A DNA stretch of 64,000 bases from Octopus sinensis (GCF_006345805.1 NC_043004.1:85002001-85066000); one strand, 5' to 3'. Positions 12,321-26,395 are shown, numbered from the stretch's first letter. Notes: generated from the letters alone by a model not told the origin. Translations and numbers: made by a program.

Positions 12321-13472
12321 TAGGGGCTGGTCCACATGTGAGGATCTCATATGGTCAATAATAATACAATATTCTGAGTTCTGATAGTGCATAAACATAA
12401 GCTTTATTTTATAACTGAATATTCAACTATTTAAATATAATGCATTGCCAGTCATCCTGCATTGAAGTTTCCACCGTGTTTTCTCAACTTACATGTTATA
12501 TAGTTTAGTTTGTTCTTACTATTATGGAATATTGCTGCAACATTCTTTAATCGTATCCATCCAAATAATTATAAAACTCCATGTCAAACACAGATTTTAG
12601 AAATTACGTTGTAAAATTTACATAAGTATCACTAGCGCAAATATCAACTATGTTATGTTTCCCCTTTTCTGGTTTCAGTCTTTGTTATGCGGCGATGATG
12701 TTTCACTGCATTCTATTATTCGGCTAAATACTTTAAGGGTAGAGAATAAACGCAAATAAACCTGAATATACACACATATATCTCTCTGTCTGTCGGCCTA
12801 TTTAATCCATGTATCTATCTATTTATATACCCATTTGTCTTTACATACACACACAAAAACATACACACACACGGACGAAATAAATTCCCATATTTTCTGC
12901 AGCTCGGTGACATATTAGAAAATACTTGCATCAGCTCTGACACAAGTGGAACTGGACAAAGGCTCACTTGGAATCACTTGGAATCGTAATCATAATCACA
13001 CAGCCGACCACTTCTTAGGAGTATTGCTTATGTAGAAATATAAAGATTTCGGAATTTTAATAGTCATAAAACGCTGATGATTCGTTGGTATTAAACACTA
13101 CGTACTTCGATACGCAGTACAGAGACACCAGGACAATATTTTGTATCGACATATACTAAGAACAATTGGAGAAAGAAACTGAATCTTCCTGATCAATTTT
13201 CTTATTCAAAAATGCCCAATTGCATCAACTTACAAAATATGAACGATGAGCTCGAAACAGTAGACCTGAATAAAAACACTTGTAACATTTCCTTCTCCAT
13301 GTGTTCCTGGCGTAGATCCAGTTACCCATATCTATATACCGTTGTTTACATCAGGATGGTGAATACTGAGAACAGGATTTAAACAGTACACTGCAAGTTG
13401 TATACTGATACATACATACGTAAGTCTCTCTCCCCCTCTCTCTCCCTCTATGTCTCTCTATCTCACTCCATC

Positions 13473-13520
<48 letters not shown>

Positions 13521-13588
13521 TTACATATATGTGTATATAAGCATTTATGTATATATGTGTGTGTGTGTGTATGTATGAGAATGTTTAT

Positions 13589-13638
<50 letters not shown>

Positions 13639-14484
13639 TATATATTATATATTATAAATACATACATACATACATATACATTTATCCATATATGTATATA
13701 TACATGGATCATTTGTATGATGTGAGTTACAGAATATGGTGAAGCATTTGCGGTTGCTGAAACCATAATAATTCCGTTATCTTTATGTATCACACATCAA
13801 GGATCTTCAAATAGCGCAGATTCTCAGGGCTATACAACTACCAAACAAAAGTCACATATCATACAGTGATATTTCGGGCAATTTTAGGTATTCTTTTATT
13901 CAATCGATGTAAATATGCTTCTTCTCAAATATTGTAATACAGCAGTCAACGCCTGTCATGTTGGAATTGGAAAATAGAACAGAATCTTTTATAAATAATT
14001 CAAATACCACCCAGGTTATTTAGACCTTACCTTGTTTGTACACCAACAAAAATGTATTACGTAAGATCGGAAACACATCAGCGACCCATAGGGAAACTAT
14101 ATTGGCAAATAATAAAAAATATGACGACATATAGGTGTGCTTCCTGTGTAGCCTTATGTTTATCTTGGCTGTGTAAAATATTTTATGTATATGCGATTAT
14201 AATAACCAACATTAATCAGTTAACATGTTCTGCGACATCCGGCTTGAATTGCGGAGGTATTAGCGAGTGTCAAACCAAAAGAGAAATATACGGCCCAGGG
14301 AACCATCACATCATGAATACCTCAATACTCTGAAATTTTAGTTTAACAAGGAAGCTTTATGTACGGACACACACACACACACACACAAACAAACGCACAC
14401 ACAAACACACATACAAACACACATATATATGTTTGTATGTATGCATGTGTGTGAAGTATGCCAGTATATATACATATATATAAA

Positions 14485-14827
14485 AAGGGTAAAGACCCCC
14501 TTCGGTCATGAATGACCATGGGATTGCACCTAGAAAGTTACCCTCCTAGACACAAGTCCGGGCAAGGTTGTTTATGGAAGACCAGCAGTCGCCCATGCAT
14601 ACCAGCCTCCCCTCTCCACGCCACCAGTGTTATCCAAGGGAAAGACAAAGGTCGATACAGCTTGGTACCAGTGACGTCGCAACTCATTTCTAAAGCTGAG
14701 TGAACTGGAGCAACGTGAAATAAAGTGCCTTGCTCAAGATCACAACACGCAGCCCGGTCCGGGATTCGAGCTCACAACCTCACGATCGTAAGCTCGACGC
14801 TCTAACCACTGAGCCACGCGCCTTCAC
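14485..14827 (-). mobile_element. tRNA-derived SINE, family C (different 3' tail from 6817)
   Basis: Shared GCTGAGTGAACTGGAGCAACGTGAAATAAAGTG core and tRNA-like head. Confidence 0.85.
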
Positions 14828-15182
14828 ATATATATATATATATATATATAAATATATATATTAACATACATCTAATATAGGATAACATTTTTAGAAAAGA
14901 ATTCTCTCAATGGCCAGCATATTAAAAAATACTTTTAAAGGTTAAATTTATAAACAACTTATAAACAAGGGCGAAAGATAAAACTTCTAATGCTAAATAT
15001 GCCGAAAATAGACAAATCGTCAATTACCATACAATTTATCACTATTAAGTGATATATATATAAATATATATACATATACATTTTGTACGGTTTTCTATTG
15101 ATTTCACGATTCCAAATATTATATCTGAAACCGACGTATAATCGAGAACGATTTAAGCCGATGTATGCAGTCACACACAAAT

Positions 15183-15216
<34 letters not shown>

Positions 15217-16724
15217 ATATGTATATATATATACAGGTTTGTTGATGCAAGCAGGAAGAATAAAACTCAACATGTGAGTGTATATATAATTTATTAATAT
15301 TTTAGAGAAGTAACAGAGTCTTAATATTTAGCTGTAGCAAATGTTGAGAAAAATAAATATGCATATATTAATATATATACTATATATATATATATTATAT
15401 ATATATATATGATATATATATATAAACTAAAGTGAAACTTATCTTATATATAACTTATCTATAATAAACTTTTTAATATTTTTGATAGTTATATATAACT
15501 ATAAACATTAAAATTTTTTTAAATTCTTCCTTTTTAAATTATATATATAAATTAATAATTTTAAATTTAAATAATTTAAATTTTACATTTTTATATTTAT
15601 ATATTTGTAAATTATATTTATTTTTATTTTTTTTTATGTTTTGGTTTATGTTTTTCACGGTTTGATTTGCCTAATAGTGGTTTTATCTCTAATTTAATTT
15701 ATAATAATGCTGTGAAATTAGATTTAATCCTAAATCTACAGTTTTCCTGTAAATTTGGAGTTACTCCCTAATATTATTATTATACATACACACATACATA
15801 TATATATATATATATACATATACATAGAATATATCTATATATATTATATATATATATATATATATTTATGTGTTTGTGTGTGTGTGAGAGAGTGTTTGTG
15901 TGTCTACATGATATTTCTAATTTAAAAAATTAAAGATCAATAACATGTCTAACTAATTATAAAAAAATATAATATTAGTCACTATAGTAAGATAATTTGG
16001 TAAACGTATTTCTGAATAATTGTCTGTGTGAAACCATATATCTCTTTATTTCTATAGTATAAACATTCATTAATGTTTTCGTATACCTCATACCGTATAA
16101 AATATTTCAATATTATAAACATTTTTTTTTACATAGTCATACTTATAATATTGCAAACTTTACAGGACACTGCACGAAATCATCTCATATTTTGGCGCAA
16201 AAATGTACCGATGTAAAGCATTACCTTTTCCTCCGTCACACGTCAACTGTAATAATATTGATTTGCCTGTTGGACAGACTTTTACTTTTATCATGGTCGC
16301 AGTTTAACTGACATCATCAATAACATTAAATCATTGATTTCTAGCTCTTCGTTTTCGTTGAGGCAAACAAAGTGTGTAAGCTTAAGTTTCCTAGATATAC
16401 TACAGGGAGTAACGGTGCAAAATCTTTTTTCTTTGTTTCCTATCATTTGTTGATATCCAACATTAGGAGAAAGCAATCAGCATCCACATTCCTTAAACAT
16501 AAATCAGTGAATCCCCCCAAAATTCACCCTAAATACTACATCATGATCTACCAGTAATACAGAAAACACATTGTTATGTTACACTGAAACGAAAATGGAA
16601 ATCAAACATTTATTTCGTTAAATTGTAGCATCATTAATAGGATATATCTTAAAAATGTAATGGATGAAAGGACAAGTAATCTTTGACGTCACAGAGACTC
16701 GTTCTAAGCAGCAATAACTATTCT

Positions 16725-16889
16725 TTTATTGTTGCAATCATTTGACTGAGGCCATGTTGCAGCAACGCCTTCAAGAGTTATAGTCGGAGAAATCAACCAC
16801 AGGACTTGATTTTGTAAACCTAGTACTTACTTTATATAAGTACTTATACAAATACAACTACACAACCACACACACACAAATAATATACA

Positions 16890-16947
<58 letters not shown>

Positions 16948-17105
16948 TATTATATGTTGGGTGTCTTTGTGCCTGTGTTTCTCTCCCCTTGTCTACTCGG
17001 TGTTGGTGTGTTTATGTCCCGTTCGTACTGGAGTCGATTCATTCGACTTAAATCTGAGGGCGGCACCCCAGCATGGCAACTGTATAATGACTAAAACAAG
17101 TGGAA
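16725..17105. mobile_element. Two SINE-A 3' fragments in opposite orientation flanking a (TA)n tract
   Basis: 16725-16850 is a minus-strand tail and 16960-17105 a plus-strand tail (GGCGGCACCCCAGCATGG...GACTAAAACAAG). Confidence 0.65.
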
Positions 17106-17129
17106 AAGAAAACACGAAAATAACCACCT

Positions 17130-17362
17130 ATTTCTTTATTACCCACAAGGGGCTAACATAGAGTGGACAAACAAGGACAGACATAGGTATCAAGTCGATT
17201 ACATCGACCCCAGTGCGTAACTGGTACTTACTTTATCGACCCCGAAAGGATGAAAGGCAAAGTCGACCTGGGCCGAACTTGAACTCAGAACGCAACGGCA
17301 GATGAAATACGGCTACGCATTTCCCCCGGCGTGCAAACGGTTCTGTCAACTCACCGCCTTAC
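17130..17362 (-). mobile_element. SINE family B, full length
   Basis: TTATCGACCCCGAAAGGATGAAAGGCAAAGTCGACC...CAACTCACCGCCTT. Confidence 0.9.
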
Positions 17363-18220
17363 GAAGATAACCACCGACATACTAAACTACGTTTCAGTTA
17401 CTGGAGAACTCCATCATATATGAGACTTCTGTCATATCTATACATACATTTACCCTCTTCGGGCATATCATTTGATCAAGGATAGAACACGGTATACAAA
17501 GATCCTGAAGAAATACGTAGAAGACTTGAACGTACCATCAACACATGTTTTCATGCACTGTAGTGTTTCTCATAACGTAAAACGGAAGGAAATCAACGCA
17601 TGTCTTATAAATATCATACAACTGAGAGCAATTTCCGATGTAGCAAACAGGGAAAAACATACTAGTCAGTACAGTCATAACAAGAGGCGCAATACTTGAA
17701 AAACTACAACTAAAAGGTAGATATTTTGTATTGAAATGAATAGAATGGACGTCAAATTGTCGCATAGTTGAATGGTATTTGACAGATTCTTAAAGCAGAA
17801 ATATATTATATGAGACAAGCATGTCCGGGTAGCTGACATTGCTCGAAATATGTGAAATTACAGATTATGGAAAAATTTAAATGTTAGCACGTACAAGTGA
17901 ATGATTACAAGAACATGACATTATCATCTAAGTGTTTGGGAGTGGTATGTATATATATATATATGTATATATATATATACATATGTGTGTGCGTCTGCAT
18001 GTGTGTATGTATATATATATGTGTATATATATACATGTATGTATGTATTATATATTATATATATGTATGTATATATATATAGATATGTGTGTATACTTGA
18101 ATATATATATATATATACGCACATACGTACATACATATATATATATTGTGTGTGTGTGTATGTATATGTATTTATATCTTGCACATACGTATATATCTAT
18201 AATTATACATATCTATATAA

Positions 18221-18251
<31 letters not shown>

Positions 18252-18389
18252 TTGTAATATATGTACACATATATGTATATATAATATATATATATGTATA
18301 TATATATATATGTATATATATATAATATATATATATATAATATATATATATATATTATATATACACTCAGAGGAGTAGGTACAGTGTGA

Positions 18390-18399
18390 GATAGATAGT

Positions 18400-18479
<80 letters not shown>

Positions 18480-18480
18480 T
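18390..18480. repeat. (GATA)n microsatellite following a long (TA/TG)n tract
   Basis: Read directly. Confidence 0.95.
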
Positions 18481-19348
18481 AGATGTAGATTGACACGTAA
18501 GCAAATACACAAAGAGCTACAGAGATAGATAAAGAGAGAAAGTGAGAGAGAGAAGAAAGAAAGAATAAGAAAGGTGGGGAGAGAGTGATTGAGAGAGGGA
18601 GGGCGAGAGAAAATGAATATTATGTGTGAACATGCCTTGGCTTTTCTCTGTTATTGTGATTGCAAAGGTTAAGTTGTCACCTGTTTGATATATTTGCGTT
18701 GATGTACTTGCCAAACGATTCAATTTCTTCCATGGCATCACAAGCGTATTTAGTTCCAGCAATCAGAAAATAGGAAAGGAGAAATAGGAAAGGAAAGATG
18801 GTGATAAAGAGAGATGAAAAGAGGAGAGAAAAAAAGTGGGTGTGTGGAACCAGAACATAAAGAGGTGGCGATACCACAAGGTGAGGAAGATAAGTGGAGA
18901 AGTATAGACATTTATAAGATCAAAGAAATTAGATATACAGAGGCTAACACTGTTTTAATCACTATTACAAACATTAACACACACATACACACACATACAC
19001 ACACGCACACACACGCGTACACACACATGTACATGCATACGTAACCATGGACAGTTTGGGTTTGCTTAAACAAATACATCGATACACACACATATTGACA
19101 TACGCACACTTATAACCATGGAGGTTGTGCTTACATACACAAGTACAAACGCATGCGTGCACACTTCCATACGGACCAGTGTATATATATATATATAGAG
19201 AGAGAGAGGGAGGGGGACATAGATACTTACATACACGCACACATATAAATATATGCATATATACATAAATCGAGACGAACATTTGTATACATCATATCCA
19301 AAGAAAGTATTACGTATACATACATACATATTACACATTTATATATAC

Positions 19349-19447
<99 letters not shown>

Positions 19448-19507
19448 ATGTATGTATGTATATTTATATATACACTCATTCGCACACACATATATGTATA
19501 TATATAT

Positions 19508-19545
<38 letters not shown>

Positions 19546-19566
19546 ATTATAAATATTATAATATAA

Positions 19567-19625
<59 letters not shown>

Positions 19626-22139
19626 CAGAGGTATACACACTATATGCACATGTGCTTGCATTTGCGAATGTGACAGCTATGAAGAATGAGTATAGATATA
19701 TAGCTGGAGTAATTTCGAGATCAAAGTCGAAGCGAATAATGAAGATGCATATGCATCCTCACGCGCATACCATCACACTTTCTGTGATAAGCATTAACAC
19801 ATGGCCAGAGCAGCAAATTGTCACCTTTCGATCCATGTGTGTTGAACGTCTTTAGAGATAGAGCAATATAGAGAATCATTAAATAGCGTTAGAAGAACGC
19901 GAAAATTATACAGCATGCATCTCATTTCATCTAATACTTTGAGCCGTTTATAAACGGGAAAGCAATAGTCTGCGTAGTGACCCTTAATCTTAAATTTATT
20001 TTCCTTTTTTTTTTCGTGGACAATTACTAAGTAGGATATCTTATTTTATCTTTTATCTTTTACTTGCTTCACTCATTACATAGCGATCATTCTGGAGCTG
20101 CACCCTTCGGGTGTAGCAGAACGTGTTGATAAATTCTTGTTTGCATTTTTGTATTTAAGGTCCGACACTTATCCACAACCATCACGTTCTCTTTACAGAA
20201 CGGGGAGTATTACAAGGGCGTACAGAAAGCCATAGCGTTCTTGAAGCAGCGGGAAAAACAATCACAAGGACGCACATACAAAACTTCACTTATATACATG
20301 CATACTTATATACATTCATACTTATACATATATGTATATATATATATATATATATAATATAGATTCAGATAAATATGGTACCTACGTTGAGTCACCAGAA
20401 TTTAGTACGGTATTACACATACAATTTCAAAGTAGGGTGATTAAGATCAAAATAAGCAACAAGGATATCAAGAGGTAATGCTGTACGATCGTTTCATGCA
20501 ACTCCATTTAATAGAACATTGCAATCATTACATCAATTCAAAATGCAGAGCAATCTTCAGCTGCACAAAGACATAGAATTAAATTAAATTAGAACAGATG
20601 GACACATTAATATAATTATACCTAAAATCTCAAAGACGTTAAGGAGATAGGCAAAGAACATACTGTTCTTACTCCAGCATAGAAGTTACTAAGTTTTCAA
20701 GAAGATATACATTGTTATAGATTTGCCTGTCACTGATATTTTTGTTTTTATGGGGTCAGTTTTAATTTACAGACTAGTTTATAATCAGATCAGTTTAAAA
20801 TCAGTGCGTAGGTAGAATGCCCTATAGCATTAATTTTTCCTTTAGTTATTATACTGGGTATCAGGGATTATAGACACAAGCTAATTAAGTAATTAAACAA
20901 ACTTTAGTTTTAAATACTTGAATTATTTCGTATTTTCTATAAATCTTCTTTATTGAAGTTACAAAATTGTATATATACTTCAACATGATTTTAGTGATTA
21001 AGCTATTTTATATCTTTATCTATGGTGTTTCTACCCTACCCGAACATTTGAAAACTTTATAATTGCCTTTAGACAAACCTAAATTTGTGTACCCCTATAA
21101 ATCCATACTTAGCTTATAAAAACAATATGGGTATTTTAACTTAAAATTAAACTGTCTAAATTATAATTGAACTAATTTATAGTAAATTTGTTCTCTCACC
21201 TCAGTGATAAATCTTCGTGATAACCCTACATTTTAGCTTTATACAATAATGACATATTGTTTAAAATAGTTTTAGTAACTAAGATTTTATCCTTTCGTAT
21301 AGTGCTCCCGTCCACTTAATTTTGTTATCTATATCGGCTTTATAAAAACAACCCTCCTAATTAAGTACCCCTAAGAAACTGTAATATCATTAATGAATTA
21401 ACACAAATAACTTTTAAAATCTATATTATACCCCTTAATTTAATAATAGTATATAGTTAGCATGTCCTTTTAAAAACAATTATTCTTTTAACCAATACCG
21501 GGTTTTAGTCCTGATTATAATAAGCTAAATAAGTTAGTTAACAATTTTTAGCGCGTAATACTTAAATTATACATTTCATATAAATATTTGCTATTGAAGT
21601 TAATAAGGTGTGGATGTTTTATTATGGTTTTCATTGATTAGGCTGTGTAGAGCACACACTCCGTTTATGATTCAGGGCATTACTCTTTTCATTCAAATAG
21701 CCAGGTTTTGAATCATGCAACCTTTAGAATATAATAACACCTATAAATGTGCCTCTCACGTTTATGAGACGTCTATACAACTTACAAATGCTCAAAGATG
21801 CACCATCATGTTTTGGGTGTTTCAAGGTGCTTCAGGTCTTTGGACATTTCACCCTCTCGCCAAGTTGAGCGAACCGGTGTGGATCAAGCCTTAGCTGCAT
21901 CCGTGTGGTAGAAAATCTCCAGTCGGCTCTCTTTATCGAAACCCATCTAGCGGCCTTCTTTCAAGCTTCACTCGAATTTGTATATTACATGTAGTATAAA
22001 AACTGGAAGCTGTTTCATCAGAAGTATTAATTTGATGATTGCGCACCTTCAAACCTTAATTGAAATGTAAATGTATTCACTGCATTATGTGACGTAGTAT
22101 CGAGGCCCAATTATTGCAAAGATCAGCAACGTCGGGGAC

Positions 22140-22850
22140 TGACGAAATGCCTGTAAGCATTTAGACCGGCGTGATAAACTTTTTTTCTACTCTAGGCAAA
22201 AGGCCTGAACATTTTTGGGTGGAGGCCAGTCGATTAGATCAGCTTCAGTATGCAACTGTTTCTTAATTTATTGACCCCGAAAGAATGAAAAGCAAAGTCA
22301 ACCTATGTGGAATTTGAATTCAGATCTTAAAGACAGACGAAATACCTCTAAGCATTTCGCCCGGCGTGGTAACGATTCTGCCAGCTCACCGTCTTGTAGG
22401 AAACATAATATTGGCGTCAAATTTTGGGAAAGGGCCAGAAATTTTGGGAGAGTGGTTAGTCGATTACATTGGCTCTAATGTTCAATTGACACTTGATTTA
22501 TCGAGCGCAAAAGTATGAAAGGCGAGTGGACCTCGGTGGTATTTGAACTCAGAACGTAAATACGGACAAAATGCCGCTAAGCATTGTGCCTGGCTTGTTA
22601 AAAATTTTGCCAGCTTGCCGTCCTTTTAGAGAACGTAATATTGATTTGCACATAGCCAGTAATTTTGGGGTGCGTAGGACACAAGTCAATTACATCGAAC
22701 TCTGTTCTCAACTGGTACTTATTTTAGCGTCTCCGATAGGATAAATGATAAAGTCGACGCCGCTCAATATGAACTTAGAAGGTAAAAGACGTAGAAAACT
22801 GCGCTAAACGTTTTTCCTGGAGTGATAGAGGTTCTGTCAGCTCACCGCTT
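22140..22850 (-). mobile_element. Tandem head-to-tail array of SINE-B monomers (3 complete plus 1 partial)
   Basis: Head motif CAGCT(C/T)(A/G)CCG at 22382, 22611 and 22838 (period 227-229 bp). Confidence 0.8.
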
Positions 22851-23460
22851 TAATTATAGAATATAATATTAACAATCAAATAATCTGCCTTCAGAGACAC
22901 AGCGAATAACAAATTATAATATTTCAAAGTTCCATCCCTGGCAAATGAGCTTAGAAGCTGCATTATTTCATGATTATATTCTTCACGGTAGTTGTTAAAC
23001 GAGTCTTGGAGATCATCGATGTTACGATGCTTATATCTATTCATGTGTAGCAAGGCTATTAAGATGAAATTGGAGTGACTTATAACCACATTAATCCGAC
23101 TTCAAGCTTTAAATTAAGCAAATCTTTAAGATATTTCACTAAGTGCACTTGGAAATTATTGCAGAAATATTGGTTAAGTTTTAAGGATTCTCATAAAAAG
23201 CTTGCACTAGGTAGACATGAAAAGTTTTAAACTACACTGAATTTCTAAAAGGATAAACGGATTTTAAAGGCGCTTAGACGGTGCGTATAGATTGCCTTTT
23301 AGTTTTGAACTTGCCATTCAGTACTTTGCGATCATATGCACTCAAATGTAAATGTTCCTTTTATCATTTCGGAGTCCATAAATTAATACAGTATTCCATT
23401 ACTGGACCCGAGGTGTCGGTTTTTATACTCTCGTTCATTCTCTGTTTTACGCTCTTTCTT

Positions 23461-23492
<32 letters not shown>

Positions 23493-23505
23493 CTCTCTCT
23501 CTCTG

Positions 23506-23560
<55 letters not shown>

Positions 23561-23859
23561 AATAAATAAATAAATTGAGTTGAATGATTTCGATAGTCAT
23601 TATAGTTTGAACTATTGGTTTAATGTGCACTCCACTTCAATAGAGAAATTATTTCCTAAGCCTTTGAACATTCTTTTAATCAACATACCCCCCTTCTCTA
23701 TTTGTTCCCTACTTATTATTCATTTAACTCTTCTCTTCCTAGTATCTAACTTTGAGGTCAATTCTACTAACGGCTTTTTTAAAACACTTATTAAAGTTTT
23801 GCTTATCATGTAGGCAGTCATCGTAAATATTATTTTGTCTTGTTGTTGAGAGAGGCTCG

Positions 23860-23950
23860 CTTTCTTTCCTGATGAAAACATTGCACCTTACACCGTTTAT
23901 TCCTTTGGAATAAAATCATGAGGTCTTCGAAACATATGTCGAAAGTAAAG
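23860..23950 (+). ncRNA. Type I hammerhead-ribozyme-like motif (Penelope-associated type)
   Basis: Stem I CTTTCTTTC/GAAAGtAAAG; core CTGATGA (23869-23875); GAAA; palindromic stem III ACATATGT; GTC cleavage triplet ending 23940. Stem II is partly mismatched. Confidence 0.6.
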
Positions 23951-24009
23951 GAATTTTGTTAACATCTTCGTTCAACTCTATTTATTTATTTATTCGTATA
24001 TAACACACA

Positions 24010-24720
24010 AATTTCTTCACATGATAGGAATTGTTTCTGTTTTTAGATTCCACATTCTGGTTACCTCTATTTCCAGGTCATTGTATTTTGAAAGTTTCTC
24101 CATTTCTTTTAGAGACACGTTGTCATCCGCAGGTATTGATACATCTATTAGAAAACATTTTTTTCTTCATGATCTTTGACAACTATATCTGGTCTGTTGG
24201 CCTTAATTTTTCTATCTGTGTGTATTGGCATTTCCCAGAGTATGGTTGCTTTCTCGTTTTCTGTGACCTTTTCTGGTGTGTGCCTATACCATCTTTTTTC
24301 TGTTGTTATTCCATAATGTTGGCATAGTTTCCAGTGTATATAGGTCCCAACTCTGTCGTGTCTGTGAATATATTCTTTCTTAGCCAGGACTGGGCAGCTA
24401 GAGATAATATGATTTATTGTTTCTTGTCCATCTCCACATATTTTGCAGTTGCTTGGTATATTTCTTTTCATTACGTGTTTTTGGTAATTTCTGGTGGGGA
24501 GGCTTTGGTCTTGTGCTGCAATTAAAAATCCTTCTGTCTCTGCTTTGTGTCCTGAGCTTCTCAACCATTGTTGGGATTTTTCTTTGTCTATTTCTTTTGC
24601 ATTTAGTTTAGTCCAGTATTTGCCATGAAGGGGCTTTTCTTGCCATCGTTTTATCATGGTTCGTTGCTGTTCTATTTTTAGTTTCGATTTCATCTGTTTT
24701 ATAGCTTTTGTTTTACTAAT
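24010..24720 (-). mobile_element. R4/Dong-like non-LTR retrotransposon, C-terminal zinc knuckle and restriction-like endonuclease, truncated
   Basis: ORF track: WQEKPLHG...AAQDQ...CKICGDGQETINHIISSC...RHDRV...RPDIVV. After a frameshift it continues CFLIDVSIPADDNVSLKEMEKLSKYNDLEIEVTRMW (CCHC plus PD..D/E..K). It abuts an (ATT)n tract. Confidence 0.9.
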
Positions 24721-24747
24721 ATTATTATTATTATTATTATTATTATT

Positions 24748-24956
24748 GAGTGAGAGAGCAGTGCATGCCATCAAAGTGACACTGGGGTAAAATATACGAA
24801 GCCCAATATACCCATCATGACTACCCGACTGATAAAGGTACACCAGGCACATGCATCACAACCATATGTGCGCAACATGGTGATCTCATATCAAGATAAA
24901 CAGCACATGACCTTGCAGGTGGGGCTCAGTTAGAATTTTCTTCAGGTTGAGTAGCC

Positions 24957-24958
<2 letters not shown>
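24748..24958. repeat. ~210-bp element bounded on both sides by (ATT)n/(TAA)n tracts
   Basis: Moderately GC-rich block between two trinucleotide arrays; no coding signal seen. Confidence 0.5.
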
Positions 24959-25015
<57 letters not shown>

Positions 25016-25858
25016 GTGTTATTGTTGTTGTTGTTGTTGTTGCTGTTGTTGTTTTTGATGTTACTATGTGCTGTTGTTGTTGTTGTTTTGGGTTAATGTC
25101 AGATATACTTATTTCATCCATTCCGATGAATTTAAAACATAGAGCAGCAAGACTAAATGCTATACGGTTCTCTAGATCATAAGAAATAATAAAAAGAGTA
25201 TAAAGGAATAAGTGATATGATAATGTAGGACCGTGAATTATCAAATTACATTAATTAATCATATTACTGCCACTAATCGTAACGTTATCATACATGAAGA
25301 TGATGATACTGAGAAATTAAAAATAGTCGAACGAAATAATGAATACATACTATTACCAAGACTAGGTGCAGTATAAATCATATTGTTTTGTGAGACATAA
25401 ATAGCTCAGTTTTCTAAGCAATTATATTCGTATGAAAAATGAAAAAGGCATACCTAATAATCCACGTTCGGTTTCAATAATCGGAATTAGGAAATAATTT
25501 AAATAATTACCAGTAGAATATATATAATTATTTAAAGGTACTTCTGTAAAACATGCTAGTTTAACATTGTTCGATAACATATTATATCGCGAGTAGTGAT
25601 GTCGACTTTCAAAACACGGTACAATAATTCACAGACCTAAACTATTCTGTTATCATTAATATATGTCCGGCTTCATAGGTTGAAAAGCTTTGTTATAAAC
25701 TATAAATCATCATTCAAATAACAAACACGTTCTTGCGATGTATTCTAAAATTGAGTTTTGCTGAAAGTCAGAAACGAATATATTGCGCAGACAATCCAAA
25801 CGTAGTAGAATTGTTGATACACTTAATATTCAAAATACTTTGAACAAGGAGTTTATGG

Positions 25859-25924
<66 letters not shown>

Positions 25925-25928
<4 letters not shown>

Positions 25929-26135
25929 GTGACCTCGTGTGTACCATTGGCGATTTTTTTCCTTTGTCTTCCCTTCTCTGGATCTTTCCCTCTCCTATGT
26001 TTCCGACGAAGAGCTCCGCTCGAAACGTTAAAACCTCCTTCTTCCCTTCTTTCCTGAGCATCCAATAATACTATATTTGTTCCACGTCCTCGCGTTGTTG
26101 TATTTTTCGTGTTTTCTTGTTTGGATTAACTATAT
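25925..26135 (+). mobile_element. Penelope-like terminal repeat family with CCGACGA hammerhead variant
   Basis: CCGACGA-A-GAGC-TCC-GCTC-GAAACGTT at 26003-26029; homologous in reverse to 54510-54700. Confidence 0.55.
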
Positions 26136-26199
26136 ATATGTATATGTATATGTGTAGGTATAGGTATATACATATATATATTATATATTATTTATTATT

Positions 26200-26395
26200 A
26201 TCTCTTATATAAAATCCAATCTGTGTGTGTTTGTGTGGGTGTATCGTCTCTGATCTCGGGTATCCTCAAATTTGAGATGTAGATACCGACCCGATCAGGG
26301 CGTGTATACGTCTTGGAAAGATTACAAAAATCGATTCCAGGTGAGAATGCGATCGATAAAGCCGTGGGAAATCATTTTCCTTTGGTTGCACAATC
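26200..26395 (+). mobile_element. Helitron-like non-autonomous 5' fragment
   Basis: TCTCTTATATAAAATCC + (TG)n + GATCTCGGGTAT...TGTAGATACCGAC, shared with 45135-45300. Confidence 0.5.

Noticed and set aside
13076-13105. CTGATGA possible hammerhead core
   Set aside because: No downstream GAAA or pairing stems.
15340-15640. Extremely AT-rich, almost G/C-free stretch
   Set aside because: Most likely a decayed microsatellite or low-quality consensus; no structure seen.
18683-18700. TGTTTGATATATTTG, resembling part of miR-190
   Set aside because: The seed region does not match and there is no hairpin.
22850-23089. Protein-like minus ORF (NIDDLQDSFNNYREEYNHEIMQLLSSF)
   Set aside because: No recognisable homology and no good splice donor; a TBLASTN search would settle it.
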